64,000 nt of DNA from Cladosporium halotolerans (taxonomy: Eukaryota). Positions 1 to 11,825 of this stretch are shown in pieces (the stretch's first letter is position 1; every line of letters begins with the position of its first letter). Both the position numbers and the translations under genes were made by a program. The stretch lies in assembly GCF_011745625.1 (NCBI RefSeq), contig NW_027191460.1, positions 186,001 to 250,000 of the forward strand, written 5' to 3'. A model generated the notes under the pieces. That model was given only the letters and a program-made list of their open reading frames with translations. It was not told the DNA's origin and searched no databases.

Positions 1-2
1 CC

Positions 3-3000
3 AGTGCGACGCAGGGTGCGAGCATCGAGCAGAGTGTGCGCCTGTTCAAGGTGTTCGAGGCATTGAGGAATGGAGATACCGCTGCGATATCCCGAGCAGC
101 CAAGGGGGACGACAACATGAGGTTGGAGGGCACGACGATACTACACCTTGCGATCCAGTGCGCCGAGCTCGCGGTCATCGAGTTTGTCCTCTCGCAGCAA
201 GCCGCAGACATCAACGCCAGGGATCGGGATGGAAACACACCCCTACATGTCGCGGCCATGCTCGGTCGTGCGCCTGTCGTCAAGCTGTTGCTCGATGACC
301 AGAAGGACATCAACGATGCCTTGACCAATTACCAGGGCAAGACGCCATTGGACCTCGCACGCAGCCCGGAGATCTACCAGCAGCTGCAGCTGGCGAGGAG
401 CATGTTCATCGATGCTAATGTGCGCAAGATCCAGCAGCTAGTGAGCACCAGCAACTACGAAGGTCTTGAAACCCTTCTAGGCGAAAGCAAGGTGCAAGCC
501 CTCATGGATGTGAACGGACCGGAACTGGCGACCGAAGCTTCTACTACAGAGCACGGCGGCACGCTTCTTCACGAGGCTGCGAGGAAAAGGGACACCAAAC
601 TCGCGCAGATCCTCCTACTCAACGGTGCTGACCCATTCCGTCGCGACAAGAAGGGCAAGCTGCCACAGGATGTCACCAAGGATGATCGCACCAAGGCCAT
701 CCTCAAGAAATCACCTGCCGCCGCCGCAGCCCAACGCAGCATTCAGGAGAAGACAATTTTGGGAGACGGCATGCAGGCACCCTCCGACTCTGGGCCAACT
801 TCCAAGGAAAGCAGAGAGATGAAGGGATACCTGCGCAAATGGACCAACTACACCTCTGGATACAAGTTGCGATGGTTTGTCTTGGAAGACGGCGTACTCA
901 GCTACTACAAGCACCAGGATGACGCTGGATCCGCCTGCAGAGGTGCAATCAACATGCGCATTGCGAAGCTCAAGATGGATCCCAAGGACAAGCTGCTTTT
1001 CGAGATCCACGGTAAGAGCTCGGTCAAGTACAACCTGAAGGCCAACCACGAGGTGGAGCAGAAGAGGTGGTTCTGGGCCTTGAACAACGCCATCCAATGG
1101 GCCAAGGACGAGGAGCGCGAGGAGTCGAAGAGGCAAGAGCAAGAAAGCGCAGCTCTCAAGGAGGCGCGCAAGGAACAACTCGAGCGCCAGCACACGCGCG
1201 AGGAGAACGTGGCCCAGCAATCTGGAAACAGCCTGATCCCTGGCACCGCTGTCGGTCTTCACACTACCGCTTCCTCACAGCGTGCGCCCAGCAGCATCCA
1301 AGATGGCACGAGCGCATACGAGCCCAGCTTTGTCGAGGACCCCTTGTCGAAGAGCCTGAGCAGAACCAACACCGCAACTATCGAAGGCGACCTCGACGAC
1401 GACGAGGAGTACGGCGACGACGCCAGCAGCCACGAGATTCGCCCAGCCAACCGCGACGCCTTCTCTATCACCGCGCAGTCTGCCAAACTTCAGCTCGATC
1501 TTCTCGAACAGGTCTCGGCCGCGCTCAAGCGCCAGCAGAAGAAGCAGCCGGACACCCAGATTAGCCACCCCGACGTCGCGCAAGCGCTTTCCAGCTACGA
1601 GACCGCAGTCGGCAACCTCAAGGGCCTGCTGCTGGACCTCCTTCGAATCAGCAAAGATCACGAAGCGTACTGGCACTACCGCCTCGAACGGGAACAGAAC
1701 GTCCGCAGACTGTGGGAAGACAGCATGGCGAGAGTGGCTCGGGAGCAGGAAGAGCTGGAGACAAGGATCGGCGAGAGCGAGGACAAGAGGAAACGGACCA
1801 AGCGCGCTCTGCGTGAGGCGCTCGAGGGCCAGAAGCCCGAGACGAGCAGGACACCGAGTATCCAGGAGGACAAGGAGGGCGAGGAGGCGGAGCAGCCCGT
1901 CGTCGACACGTCCAAGCCTACGCTGGAGTTGCCCAGGGAAAGCACGTCGATTCGCAGGCGACCCACTATCGCTGCTTTGACGAACAACGAAGTCTCTGAT
2001 GATGAAGACGATGACGAGGAAGAGTTCTTTGACGCGGTAGACGCTGGTGAGGTCGAGGTCGTTGATACTATGCCGCCTTCGAGTCCTCCCGCGAAAGAAG
2101 TCGGCATGCCGACTTTGGGATCGGTCGTCGATCAGAAGGGTGTTGAGCAGGACGTTGAAGCAAAGGCTGCCGGTGATGAGGTGGCTTTGAAGAAGGAAGA
2201 CCTCGCCAAGGACATCCAGAAGAGCTACAAGGGTTATGAGGATGGTGTCCGCAAGAGGCTGAAGCTTGATGCGGACAACAGGCCCAAGGTTGGCCTCTGG
2301 GTAAGTTCAATCCTTGATAAAAGAAGTCTCGCATTTCTTTGCTAACGTTACCCAGGGCATTCTCAAATCCATGATCGGCAAGGACATGACTAAGATGACC
2401 CTTCCCGTGTCCTTCAACGAGCCGACCTCTCTCCTCTACCGTGTCGTGGAAGACATGGAGTACACTGACCTTCTCAATGTTGCCGCCGAGCGTGCAGACA
2501 GCATGGAACGTATGGTCTACGTTGCAGCTTTCGCTGCGTCAGAGTACGCTTCGACCATCGGTCGTGTCGCAAAACCCTTCAACCCGCTTCTCGGTGAAAC
2601 TTACGAGTACGTTCGACCTGACCTTGGATACCGCTTCTTCATCGAACAAGTCAGCCATCACCCTCCTGTTGGCGCCGCGTATGCCGAGAGCAAGAACTGG
2701 GACTACTACGGCGAGTCGGCCGTCAAGTCCAAATTCTACGGCAAATCCTTCGAATTCAACCCTCTCGGTACTTGGTTCCTGCGCCTGCGTCCCGCCTCCG
2801 GCGGCGAAGAACTCTACACCTGGAAGAAGGTCACCTCCTCCGTCGTCGGCATCATCACCGGCAACCCGACTGTCGACAACTACGGCCCCATGGAAGTCAA
2901 GAACTGGACCACGGGTGAGACGTGCATCCTCGACTTCAAGGCAAAGGGCTGGAAGGCCAGCTCCGCCTACCAGGTCACCGGCAAAGTCGTCGGCAAGGAC

Positions 3001-3495
3001 GGCTACACTAGCTGGTCGATCGGCGGCCGCTGGAACGACAAGATCTACGCCCGCCACACCCCGGGCTACGAGGCCGACGTCTCCGGCAGCTCCTCCAACC
3101 AGGCCACGCTGGTCTGGGAGGCCCACGAGCGCCCCACCGGCATCCCTTTCAATATCACGCCTTTCGTCGTCACCCTCAACGACCTGCCCGACCGCTTGCG
3201 CCCCATCATCGCCCCGACCGATTCTCGTCTACGTCCTGACCAGCGCGCCATGGAGGAGGGCGAGTACGATTTCGCTGCCGAGGAGAAGAACCGTGTCGAG
3301 GAGGCGCAGAGGGCCAGGAGGAAGGTGCGTGAGGCGAAGGGCGAGGAGTTCGAGCCCAGGTGGTTCAAGAAGGCCAAACACCCGATTACTGGCGAGGAAT
3401 TCTGGGACTTCACCCACCAGTACTGGGATGTGAGGGAGGACGTTGCGCAGGGCAGGAGGACTTGGGACCAGGAGAGGCTGGAGGAGGTGTTCTGA
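3..3495 (+). CDS. OSH1: Oxysterol-binding protein, Osh1/Osh2 type (ankyrin repeats + PH + FFAT + ORD); 5'-partial, intron 2301-2355
   Basis: Ankyrin motifs ([26 protein letters not shown]), PH domain ([11 protein letters not shown]...RWFVL), [14 protein letters not shown] and ORD signature EQVSHHPP. Intron GTAAGT...GCTAAC...CAG joins the two ORFs. The frame is open from position 3. Confidence 0.95.
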
Positions 3496-3746
3496 GAGAG
3501 AGCAGAGGCTTTGTGGATTTGACAATATCTTGGGGGGATAGTTGAGGGAGGCCTTTTTCCTTTTTCCCTTGGGCTTCGAAAAATGGATTTGAACTGTACA
3601 TATGGGTATTGTAGTACCCTTCTTCCCGTAGATCTAGAAGATAATCTAGAAGATCTTTGCAGGTTATATACTAAGACGCGCACCTTTGACCACGCACTTG
3701 GCCTCACTTAGTGCGAGGCGTTTGAAGAAAGCTTGGGCTCAGCCTC

Positions 3747-5619
3747 TCACACTTCCTTCGCGATCGCGACATCCTGTGCTTCAGCAGACTTCGGCGCTTC
3801 GATCTTGACTTCGAGACCTTCCACCCGGATAGCTTCCTGCTGCTCTTCAGACAGGTCGTCGACGTTGAGCGTCATCTTTGGCCCGGTAAACCTGCGAGCT
3901 CGCGTTAGCATCTCATCAATCATCGAGACACAGGGGTACGTACCATTTCCGTGCATCAAGGAAATAATACAGCAGCGCCCCGCCCCAAACAGCACAATTA
4001 ATCACAACCGTATAGTTCATCGTATCCGGGCTCGGCCCCGGCCCCCCACTCGGAAACATCGACAGCACGATCCCAAACACCAAAAACACCACCGCAACCC
4101 ACGCAATCGGCAGACTCAAGCGGCCCGTGTAGAAGGGCCCCGGCCTGAACTTCGCCCTCCCCCAGACCGCGCGCGCGAATATCGGCGTCCCCCACGCGAG
4201 ATTGTTCGCCGCGACCGCGAGGCTGAACACCGCGTTCGCCGCCGCGGGCCCGATGATCGTCAGCAGGCCCAGCAGGACCGCGAGCAGCACGCAGAACCAG
4301 ATGGCGTTCAGCGGGATGTGGCCGGCGCGCGCGCTGACGACGCGCACGAAGCGGCTGAAGGGCAGCGCGCCGTCGCGCGAGAAGGCCCACATTTGGCGGC
4401 TGGCTGCGACGGTGATGCTGAGGCCCATGAGGAACTGCACGATGAAGAGGAGAGTCATGAGGCCCAGGGCGCCGCGCTTGCCGAGCGCGTCGTAGTAGAT
4501 TTGAGCCATTGGTTGGCCGAAGGGGGAGGCGAGGAGGGATTCGAGGTCGGCGGTCATGCAGGATGCGAGGACTATGGTGATGATGAAGCCGAAGAACCAG
4601 CAGGAGCCGATGGACATGAGGATGCCGTATGGGACGGCGCGGGTGGCGTTGGCGGCTTCTTCGCTCATGTGGACGCAGGAGTCGAAGGCGCCTGGGTAGG
4701 TCAGTTGGTGGTGAGTCGCTAGGTCTATTTTCATTGGAACGTACCGATAGTCCAAATTGGACTGAGCCATGCCAACATGAACGCCCACCCCGAAGGCCAT
4801 GTTGTCAGGTTAGCTGTCGTTGCAAAGATCCAAGCACCGTCGTTCCTAACGTTAGAGCGACCAATTGGTAGGGCAATGATCGTAGCAAAGATTAAGACAA
4901 AGTTCATGACCACGAATGCAGTCTGCAGTTTGCCCATGACTTTACTGAAGCTGCTGGCGAGGACGCCGTGGCATAAGACGCAACCTAGAAAGACAGCATA
5001 TACGACGCCGTGGGAAGGCGACCAGGCTCCGTCGGTTGCGATGACTGCCACGCTAAGTAGCATGAGGGAGAAGCCGTAGTCAATCGAGCAGAGCCCGCCA
5101 ACAAGTCCAAGAGTGTTGCTGTAACCGACCAAGAATGAGAGAGCATTGCGTGTAGATGGTGACGAGAAGTAGTGCGTCCACCTGAAGGTGTGAGTATAGA
5201 CACTTCGACAAGGACAAGATCAGTGCGACCCACCAATATAGTCCACCGGACGTAGGCATTGCACTGCCCAGATCGGCCATGGCCAAGCCGACGAAGAAGA
5301 TGAACATGCTGGCCAGGAACCAGCCCCAGACCATGCCGACGGGGCCGGCTGGGATGGAATAGGCCAGCGTGCTGGCTATCGACGGTAGCAGGCCCATAAT
5401 ACTGAAGGCAATACCAAACACTTCGATCATTGTGAAATTTCTGGGCATTGCTTAGCCATGCGACACCTGCATGCCAATCGTCGAGGTGTCTCACCGTCGT
5501 AACTCTTGTTTGTAGCCAAGCTGAGCGAGCATAGCAGCATCATCCTCACTGGCCAACCCCTTAGTGGCAGCATCGTGCGATGCACGACGCTCTGTCTCAG
5601 CTTTAATCGAGTCTGTCAT
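3747..5619 (-). CDS. APC-superfamily amino acid permease (GABA/choline permease, UGA4/GabA-like), 4 introns
   Basis: Spliced model MTDSIKAETE...LAQLGYKQELRR|NFTMIEVFGIAFS...LGSAMPTSGGLYW...FDSCVHMSEEA...ASRQMWAFSRDGALPFS...W|FTGPK. Introns lie near 5442-5494, 5183-5233, 4692-4744 and 3892-3942 (approximate). Confidence 0.92.
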
Positions 5620-5688
5620 TGTTTTGGGAGAGGATGTTGGATGAAAATGCTAAGATGTGCGAAGTATGAAAACAAAACCACATGGCAG

Positions 5689-5985
5689 GATAGGTACCCT
5701 GTACATGGATAGCCGGTAATGCTTATCTTCCTACCGTGATAAAGCTCGTTCAGTTATCAAAGTGGCGACCAGGACAACAAAGGCTGATGATAAGGGAAGC
5801 TCCCCCTCCTGCTACCGGGGTATAGGATCGTGCATGCCGGCAGTTATCGTGACGGAACACATCCTTGCAGCGCGCCAAAAGAGACATGATCTATCTTCCC
5901 GCCATCCACGAAGTATATTCTGTACTCCATACATGGTTGCCATTCGCGACGATGACATGTCGTCCGAGATGAACTTGTGGATAAG
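5689..5985. promoter_or_regulatory. Cluster of GATA motifs in the divergent promoter of the permease (putative AreA/NIT2 sites)
   Basis: At least 8 GATA/TATC cores in ~300 bp (e.g. CTTATC 5722, TGATAA 5737, TTATCA 5754, TGATAAG 5788, GATAAG 5980) just upstream of an amino-acid permease. Confidence 0.55.
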
Positions 5986-6176
5986 GTCAGATGGACGCAG
6001 GACCACAGAAGCGAAGTCAAGTCACGACCCCGCAAAAGCGACAGCCACGACTTTCTACGCTGTGGCGGCGGCGACGCTGAAGCGCGCTGTGGCTGTTCGT
6101 CGCATTTCGATTTCGATAACCACCTGATGCTACGCGAAACACCACAAAACAGTCTACGCTAGTAAACACAACCACG

Positions 6177-6748
6177 ATGTCGTTGTCAAGACGTATGGTG
6201 AGTGTAGTCGCTTCACTGCCCAGGCTTGCAGTCCTCTGACTTTGCGACAGCTTTCCAAGGAGGAGGAGGAGGCCATGGGCGAGGAGAAGGAGGTCCGCAA
6301 GGAAGACCAGGACCGCATCAACCGCTTCAGTCGTCTTCACAGCAAAGAGAAGCTGCTGGAAGACGATTTGAAAACTAAGCAGGTGGGTTTGTCATCGTTG
6401 TAGGCATTGACAGACTCTCTAACGACAGCACAGAAAGACAAAGAAGATCTGGAAGAGATCTCATCGGAGCTCGAGCTCGCAGACGAGGACGAAAAAGTGC
6501 CGTAAGTATATGTCGAATCTCTCACAGTCGGTAACAAAACCTAATAGACATCCAGGTACAAGATCGGTGACTCTTTCTACTCATTACCGCTTCCCGAAGT
6601 GCAAGAGCGCCTGTCTGCCTCTGTGGACAAAATCAACGACGAAGTCACAGCGCTCGAAGAGAAACTCAGCGAACTGCGCGAGGAGATGGGCGAGCTCAAA
6701 GGTGCTCTGTATGGGCGCTTTGGGCGTGGCATTAACCTTGAAGCGTAG
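6177..6748 (+). CDS. GIM3: Prefoldin subunit 4, 3 introns (not in ORF track)
   Basis: Spliced model MSLSRRM|LSKEEEE...EVRKEDQDRINRFSRLH...KQ|KDKEDLEEISSELELADEDEKVP|YKIGDSFY...LYGRFGRGINLEA*. Motifs are typical of PFDN4 and splice sites are canonical. Confidence 0.93.
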
Positions 6749-7169
6749 ATACTGTCAACAGCAGCTTTCATGCGGCCTTGAAATCCACCACGAATCCAAT
6801 GATCAACATGTTGAAGGGCGCTGGCAAGATACCAACTTTAGCTTTCCACTTCCGTTACCGGCTCGCTTGAATGATCGACCTGGTGCATGACTTTCCGCTT
6901 CGAGACAACAACCGCGGGTAATGCACCTTGGCCCCTCAGGTGCGCATCACAGTGCGATGCTGACGAGTGGACCTTTGCTTGGAGCGTGCCGAGTGCCGTC
7001 CTGCCGCCGTCAACATTATAGTGTTATTTCCAGCGTCTCATACCATTTTCGTCATGTCGTCTTCTAACAATTGCCGTTCCTCTCTCGTTTACGATCCTGG
7101 CGCTTCACGGTCGCAGCTTGCCCCGCCTTTGCGCCCAAGACATGGAAAGTTCTGGGCAGTAATAGGTTG

Positions 7170-8955
7170 ATGATGCAAACCTCCGAAGATGGAGCACCCT
7201 TGTCCAAGAGCTCCTCGAGAGGCCAAATACCTCTTCATCTGGTCAGAACAATATCGTCTACATCAAGACGAGACAATGTCAACAAGGCCGACATTGACCG
7301 ACAATTAGACCTGGAGAAAGCCGATCACTCTAAAGACACATCAGGGGACTCCTCATCGCGTACAAGCCATGACGGCGATGAGAATCATGCCGGTCCCGGG
7401 CAAGACGACAAAACAATCATTTCGTTTGGCCGCAATGATCCCTTGAACCCTTACTGTTGGTCGCTGTCAAAGAAGCTGTACGTGACAATTACCGGCATGC
7501 TCATGGTCATGAACTCCACCATAGGATCGTCCATTGCCACGGGCGCTACCTCACAGACCTCTGAAAGATTCGGGATTACCAACCAAGCTCAACTTGTGCT
7601 TCCCACATCAATATTCCTAGTTGGCTATGTACTCGGACCACTCTTCTTCTCGCCGCTGTCAGAGACTTACGGACGGAAGGTGGTTATGATCTCAACCTTC
7701 GTCTTGTACACAGCGTTCACTCTAGGCTGTGCGCTGACTCCTTCTTGGGCTGGTCTAATCGTGATGCGCTTGCTAACGGGCACCGGAGCCAGCACGCCTA
7801 TATCTGTCATCGGTGGCATATACGCGGATATCTATGGCACTCCAAAAGCTCGGGGTCGCGCCATGGCTATTTTCATGACATGCACCACATGGGGACCTAT
7901 TCTTGGGCCGGTGTTTTCTGGGTACATTGCCACGGTTTCATGGAGATGGGTTTACTGGCTGCAGCTCATCATCGCTGGTGTGACATGGCCATTCCTTTTG
8001 GTTTTGCCTGAGACATATGGCCCGGTTGTATTGAAACGCAAGGCACAGAAGATTCGAAAAACAGAGGGCAAGGCGAACGTTTTCGCACCGACGGAGCTCG
8101 AAAAGCGGGACATGCACGAACTTGTCGTGGTCATCTTGACGAGGCCGATCCGGATGTTCTTATTCGAGGGCATAGTCCTGTGCAGCTGTCTCTACACAGC
8201 CTTGGTATATGCTATCTTCTACAGTGAGTCTCGTCGTCTCCTCCTGCACTTCCAAGCCTACTAACATGGGCTCTCCAGTGTTTCTCCAAGCATATCCCAT
8301 CATCTTCACCGGCGTCTACAACTTCAACGCAGGCGAGCAAGGCCTCGCTTTCCTCCCCATCGGTGTCGGCAGCGTCATCTCCTGCTGCATCTACCTCGGC
8401 TGGGACGCCTATCTCGAACATGCGCGCGAGATGAATCCCCGGCCCAAATGGTACGGCCAAGAAGAATACCGCCGCGTCCCACTCGCCTGCCTCGGCGCAC
8501 CCTTACTCGCCATCTCCATGTTCTGGCTAGGCTGGACTGCGAGACAAAGCGTTCACTGGATCGTGCCTGTGCTGGCCGCTGTGCCGTTCGGCATCGCCTA
8601 CCTGCTCATCTTCATGGCGCTGCTCAACTACCTCGTCGACGCGTACGAGATCTTCTCCGCCAGCGCTATGGCCGCTGCATCCTGCTCGCGGAGCCTGTTC
8701 GCTGTCGTGCTGCCGTTTGCGGCCAGGCCGATGTACGAGACGCTTGGCATCGCTTGGGCGTGTAGTTTGCTTGGTTTCATCAGCATCGCGTTGGGGGGCA
8801 TTCCTTTCATGTTTCTGAAGTATGGCGATCGAATACGAGCGAACAGCAAGTTCTGCAGGGAATTGGCGAAGAAGAAAGAGGAGCAGGAGAAAGCGCGTGA
8901 GGAGCGAGATGCGGACGATGCTGTTCGAGAAAGAGCTGGCCAGGAGAAAGTGTAG
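7170..8955 (+). CDS. MFS drug:H+ antiporter (DHA1 family); intron 8224-8278; start uncertain (7170/7173)
   Basis: DPLNPYCWS, GPLFFSPLSETYGRK, LPETYGPVVL, LTRPIRMFLFE and YLVDAY...SASAMAA motifs, with multiple hydrophobic segments. Confidence 0.92.
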
Positions 8956-9153
8956 TACTCGCACGTTGTTCTCACTGATCGAGTAACAGACACCAAAAAG
9001 AAAGACCATACATACTGTCGCCGGCCTCGTCTTTCATTTGAACCTTTAGTACCTCTCTCAAAGCTCAACCCATAATCTCCACCGCTGTTCACGATTCCCT
9101 TTCCAATTAGAGTCTTCGTGGGGCTTCATCAGAACCATGCTTCCACCAATGAA

Positions 9154-9645
9154 TCAACCCTCCTCTCCCAATGACCCCGTCCTCTCAAACTCCCACCTCA
9201 GCCTCACACACTCAACAGCGCTCTCATGCACATCCTCCTCAAACTGCGTCCGCGTCACATCATTGACCTCCGGCAACCCGCTCAGCACCCTCTCGAACGC
9301 CTCCACATCCCCCTTCAACCTCCTCAGCTCCCTCGAACTCACACCTGGCCGCGGCACGATGTTCCTCATCGCCCTGATCCGGCCTCTCATCCCTTTCTCG
9401 CCGTTCAGGACGATCATATGGTCGAATCTGTCGCACAAGTCAATGATAGAAGGTGGAAGAGCCGCGACTAGCAGTCTTCTGGCTTCGGCATAGCCTGCGC
9501 AGGCCACGGCGTAGTTGAGCGTGGGCGCGAGGTGCATGACTTGGGCGCGGAGCGCTCTGGCGTTGAAGTAGTGCTCGCCTTCGGCGCTGCGGATGAGGGA
9601 GATGTAGTTTGCGGACGCAGAGAGGGCTGGGTTATCGGTGCTCAT
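9154..9645 (-). CDS. Small hypothetical protein (163 aa), possible member of a local orphan family
   Basis: ATG-initiated ORF preceded by a CA-rich leader. It shares LPEV-x19-VRxRWE spacing with the 28.2-28.7 kb gene. Confidence 0.6.
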   Translation of the reverse strand: MSTDNPALSASANYISLIRSAEGEHYFNARALRAQVMHLAPTLNYAVACAGYAEARRLLVAALPPSIIDLCDRFDHMIVLNGEKGMRGRIRAMRNIVPRPGVSSRELRRLKGDVEAFERVLSGLPEVNDVTRTQFEEDVHESAVECVRLRWEFERTGSLGEEG

Positions 9646-10111
9646 TGGTTTTGGTGGGTTTGATTTGTCTGCAAAGCGATGGCGGTTGCTGGAGTTGGTT
9701 CATGCTGGTGTTGAGATGGAAGATATCTCAGGTTATGTGTAGAGGAGGAACGGCATGGCATTGATTGCTGCGTTATTTTAGACATTAGGGTATAAAGGAA
9801 GGTTTGATGGTTGAAAGGAAGAAGCCAGAGACATACAGCTGATGAGGTGTTTTGTCTTTGATGCATTCACTGACTGGTACATGACACATCACATGGACGA
9901 CTTACGAGTTTTCCAAGACGCGCGAATGGAGCTGAGTGCGAATTTTCCCTGGGAACATAAGAAATGCGATTGGAAAAATATGATGCTGTGTGACTGCAAA
10001 GAGACAATGAAACAAAAGATGCTCCGCTTCTCGAGACTCTCTCGAGCCATGTTTTCAACTCAATCTCAGCCTGGTCATCTGGCTGCTTGCTCAAACGCAC
10101 TGATTTCGTGA

Positions 10112-11386
10112 TCAAGATTGGACCTCGTCAGCAAAGGGATTGACGACATGGGATCCACTCATGTAGCCACTACCGGAGACGTGACTCTGCTCCTCGCAGG
10201 CAGATCCTTCACGATAGAGCGAGATGATGTCCTCGATGTCTCTCGCGATGGATGGAGACGCCGGCATTTTGCCCGACGTCGAACGGGAATACACGGACGA
10301 CTGAGAGGGCTCTCTCAAGCGCTGGGCGAACGAAGGTAACGAAACATCTTCTGGCTCCTGCGCAGAGAGCAAGGGTTGAGTGTCTGGCTCTTCCTGAGCA
10401 GGCAGTGGAGTTTCGTAGGAGACAAATTCGCCAGAGTCAGGCCTACCGTCGAAGAGCCCGTGGTGGGATTCCCGCCTCTTCTCGGACTCTTCGGCTTCGA
10501 CCTCCTCCTGGGATCTGGAGCCGATCATCTTGGGCGCGCCTGTCTTCTCTTCGTGGGCGCTTTCGACGTCGAGAGAAAACGGATAGCTTGCGGTACCAGG
10601 ACCAAACTCAGCCTCTTCCGCCTGATCAAGACGAGATTTGATCCTAACCTTCTTCGACTTCGCCTCATAGGCGCCGATGCGAGTGATGCGGAACTTCTTG
10701 CCGATCTCCCAGATCAGTCTCCTAGCCTCATCTCTCCTACTCTTTGGCACACTGGCAGCGGTCCACTCGAGGAACCACTGGATCCTCTTGCTGCTCTTCC
10801 ACTTGCTCTCAGTCACCCTCCCGATGAACAGCGCTGCCATCGCAACCTGTGTCTGGAAGTCCGAAGCGAGCATCGTGACATTGCACGCCGCGCACTTGCT
10901 TGCCTTTCTCTTGACGAAAACTTGCCGAGGCTGCTTGCCGAAGCGGCGCTCGAAAGCCGCCGCGCCTTCCCACAGAGCCGCAAGGTGCTGGACGATCTCG
11001 ACCATCTCGCGCTTCTGCGAGCAGAGCTGCTTGCGAGCAACCAGCGGGCCCCAAGTCTCCGGCACAGCGTCCTCGATCTCCTCGCGGAGAGTGTTGAAGA
11101 GACTTGTGACTGGCAGGGGAGAGATCTCGGAGTGCTTGGTGCAGAAAGTTGACATGCGAGGGTGCTTGCTTTGGAGGTGCGAAGGAAGTTGAGAGATGAG
11201 GAGCTTGAGCTTCTTGTCGTGCTCTACGTGGGACTCGGTTGGCTTTGGTGGAATGAGGATCGGTGCCAGAAGGGCGATGTCGGTGTTGGTCAGGTCGGTA
11301 TATTCCTGAGGTGGGAATTTGGGACGGTGACGGCCGCCATGATTCTTGTGGTGGTGGCCGTTCTGCGTGGCAACTCGTGCGGGCAT
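10112..11386 (-). CDS. Hypothetical protein (424 aa) with CxxH and CxxC motifs
   Basis: Long ATG ORF with coding-like composition, FCTKH and KCAAC motifs, and a disordered C-terminus. Confidence 0.75.
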   Translation of the reverse strand: MPARVATQNGHHHKNHGGRHRPKFPPQEYTDLTNTDIALLAPILIPPKPTESHVEHDKKLKLLISQLPSHLQSKHPRMSTFCTKHSEISPLPVTSLFNTLREEIEDAVPETWGPLVARKQLCSQKREMVEIVQHLAALWEGAAAFERRFGKQPRQVFVKRKASKCAACNVTMLASDFQTQVAMAALFIGRVTESKWKSSKRIQWFLEWTAASVPKSRRDEARRLIWEIGKKFRITRIGAYEAKSKKVRIKSRLDQAEEAEFGPGTASYPFSLDVESAHEEKTGAPKMIGSRSQEEVEAEESEKRRESHHGLFDGRPDSGEFVSYETPLPAQEEPDTQPLLSAQEPEDVSLPSFAQRLREPSQSSVYSRSTSGKMPASPSIARDIEDIISLYREGSACEEQSHVSGSGYMSGSHVVNPFADEVQS

Positions 11387-11825
11387 CCTGGTATATTCGA
11401 TCGTCTGGATGAATTTGTTACGAGACCTGCTACACAGAGGTGAACCCGTGCGTCCTTGTGGGTTGGTCTTTTCATGCGATCAGCGCGCGTGCCGGGCATT
11501 GGAGGTTTTCTATTTTGCCTAGGTCAGTGAAACAAAGAACGCGCACAAGACCTTTGTGCGCTTCACAAAAGAACAAGAGAATGTGAAAGATAATGACAGC
11601 ATATGGCGTCGCCCGCCTCAAAGTGAGTAGGAGCCCACAGGATCGGAAATTTTGGAGAAGATTATTTGGGTTGGATACATTATCTGGTATCGGAGGTTCA
11701 GGCGAAGCAGTAGTGAGGCCATGTCAAATCGCTTAAATGTCCAAGACGAACGAATCGCTATAACGCAGCAAGAAAATGATCGAGAAATCCAAAGGCCGAT
11801 CAAACAAAGAACTCGGAGGCTTTGT

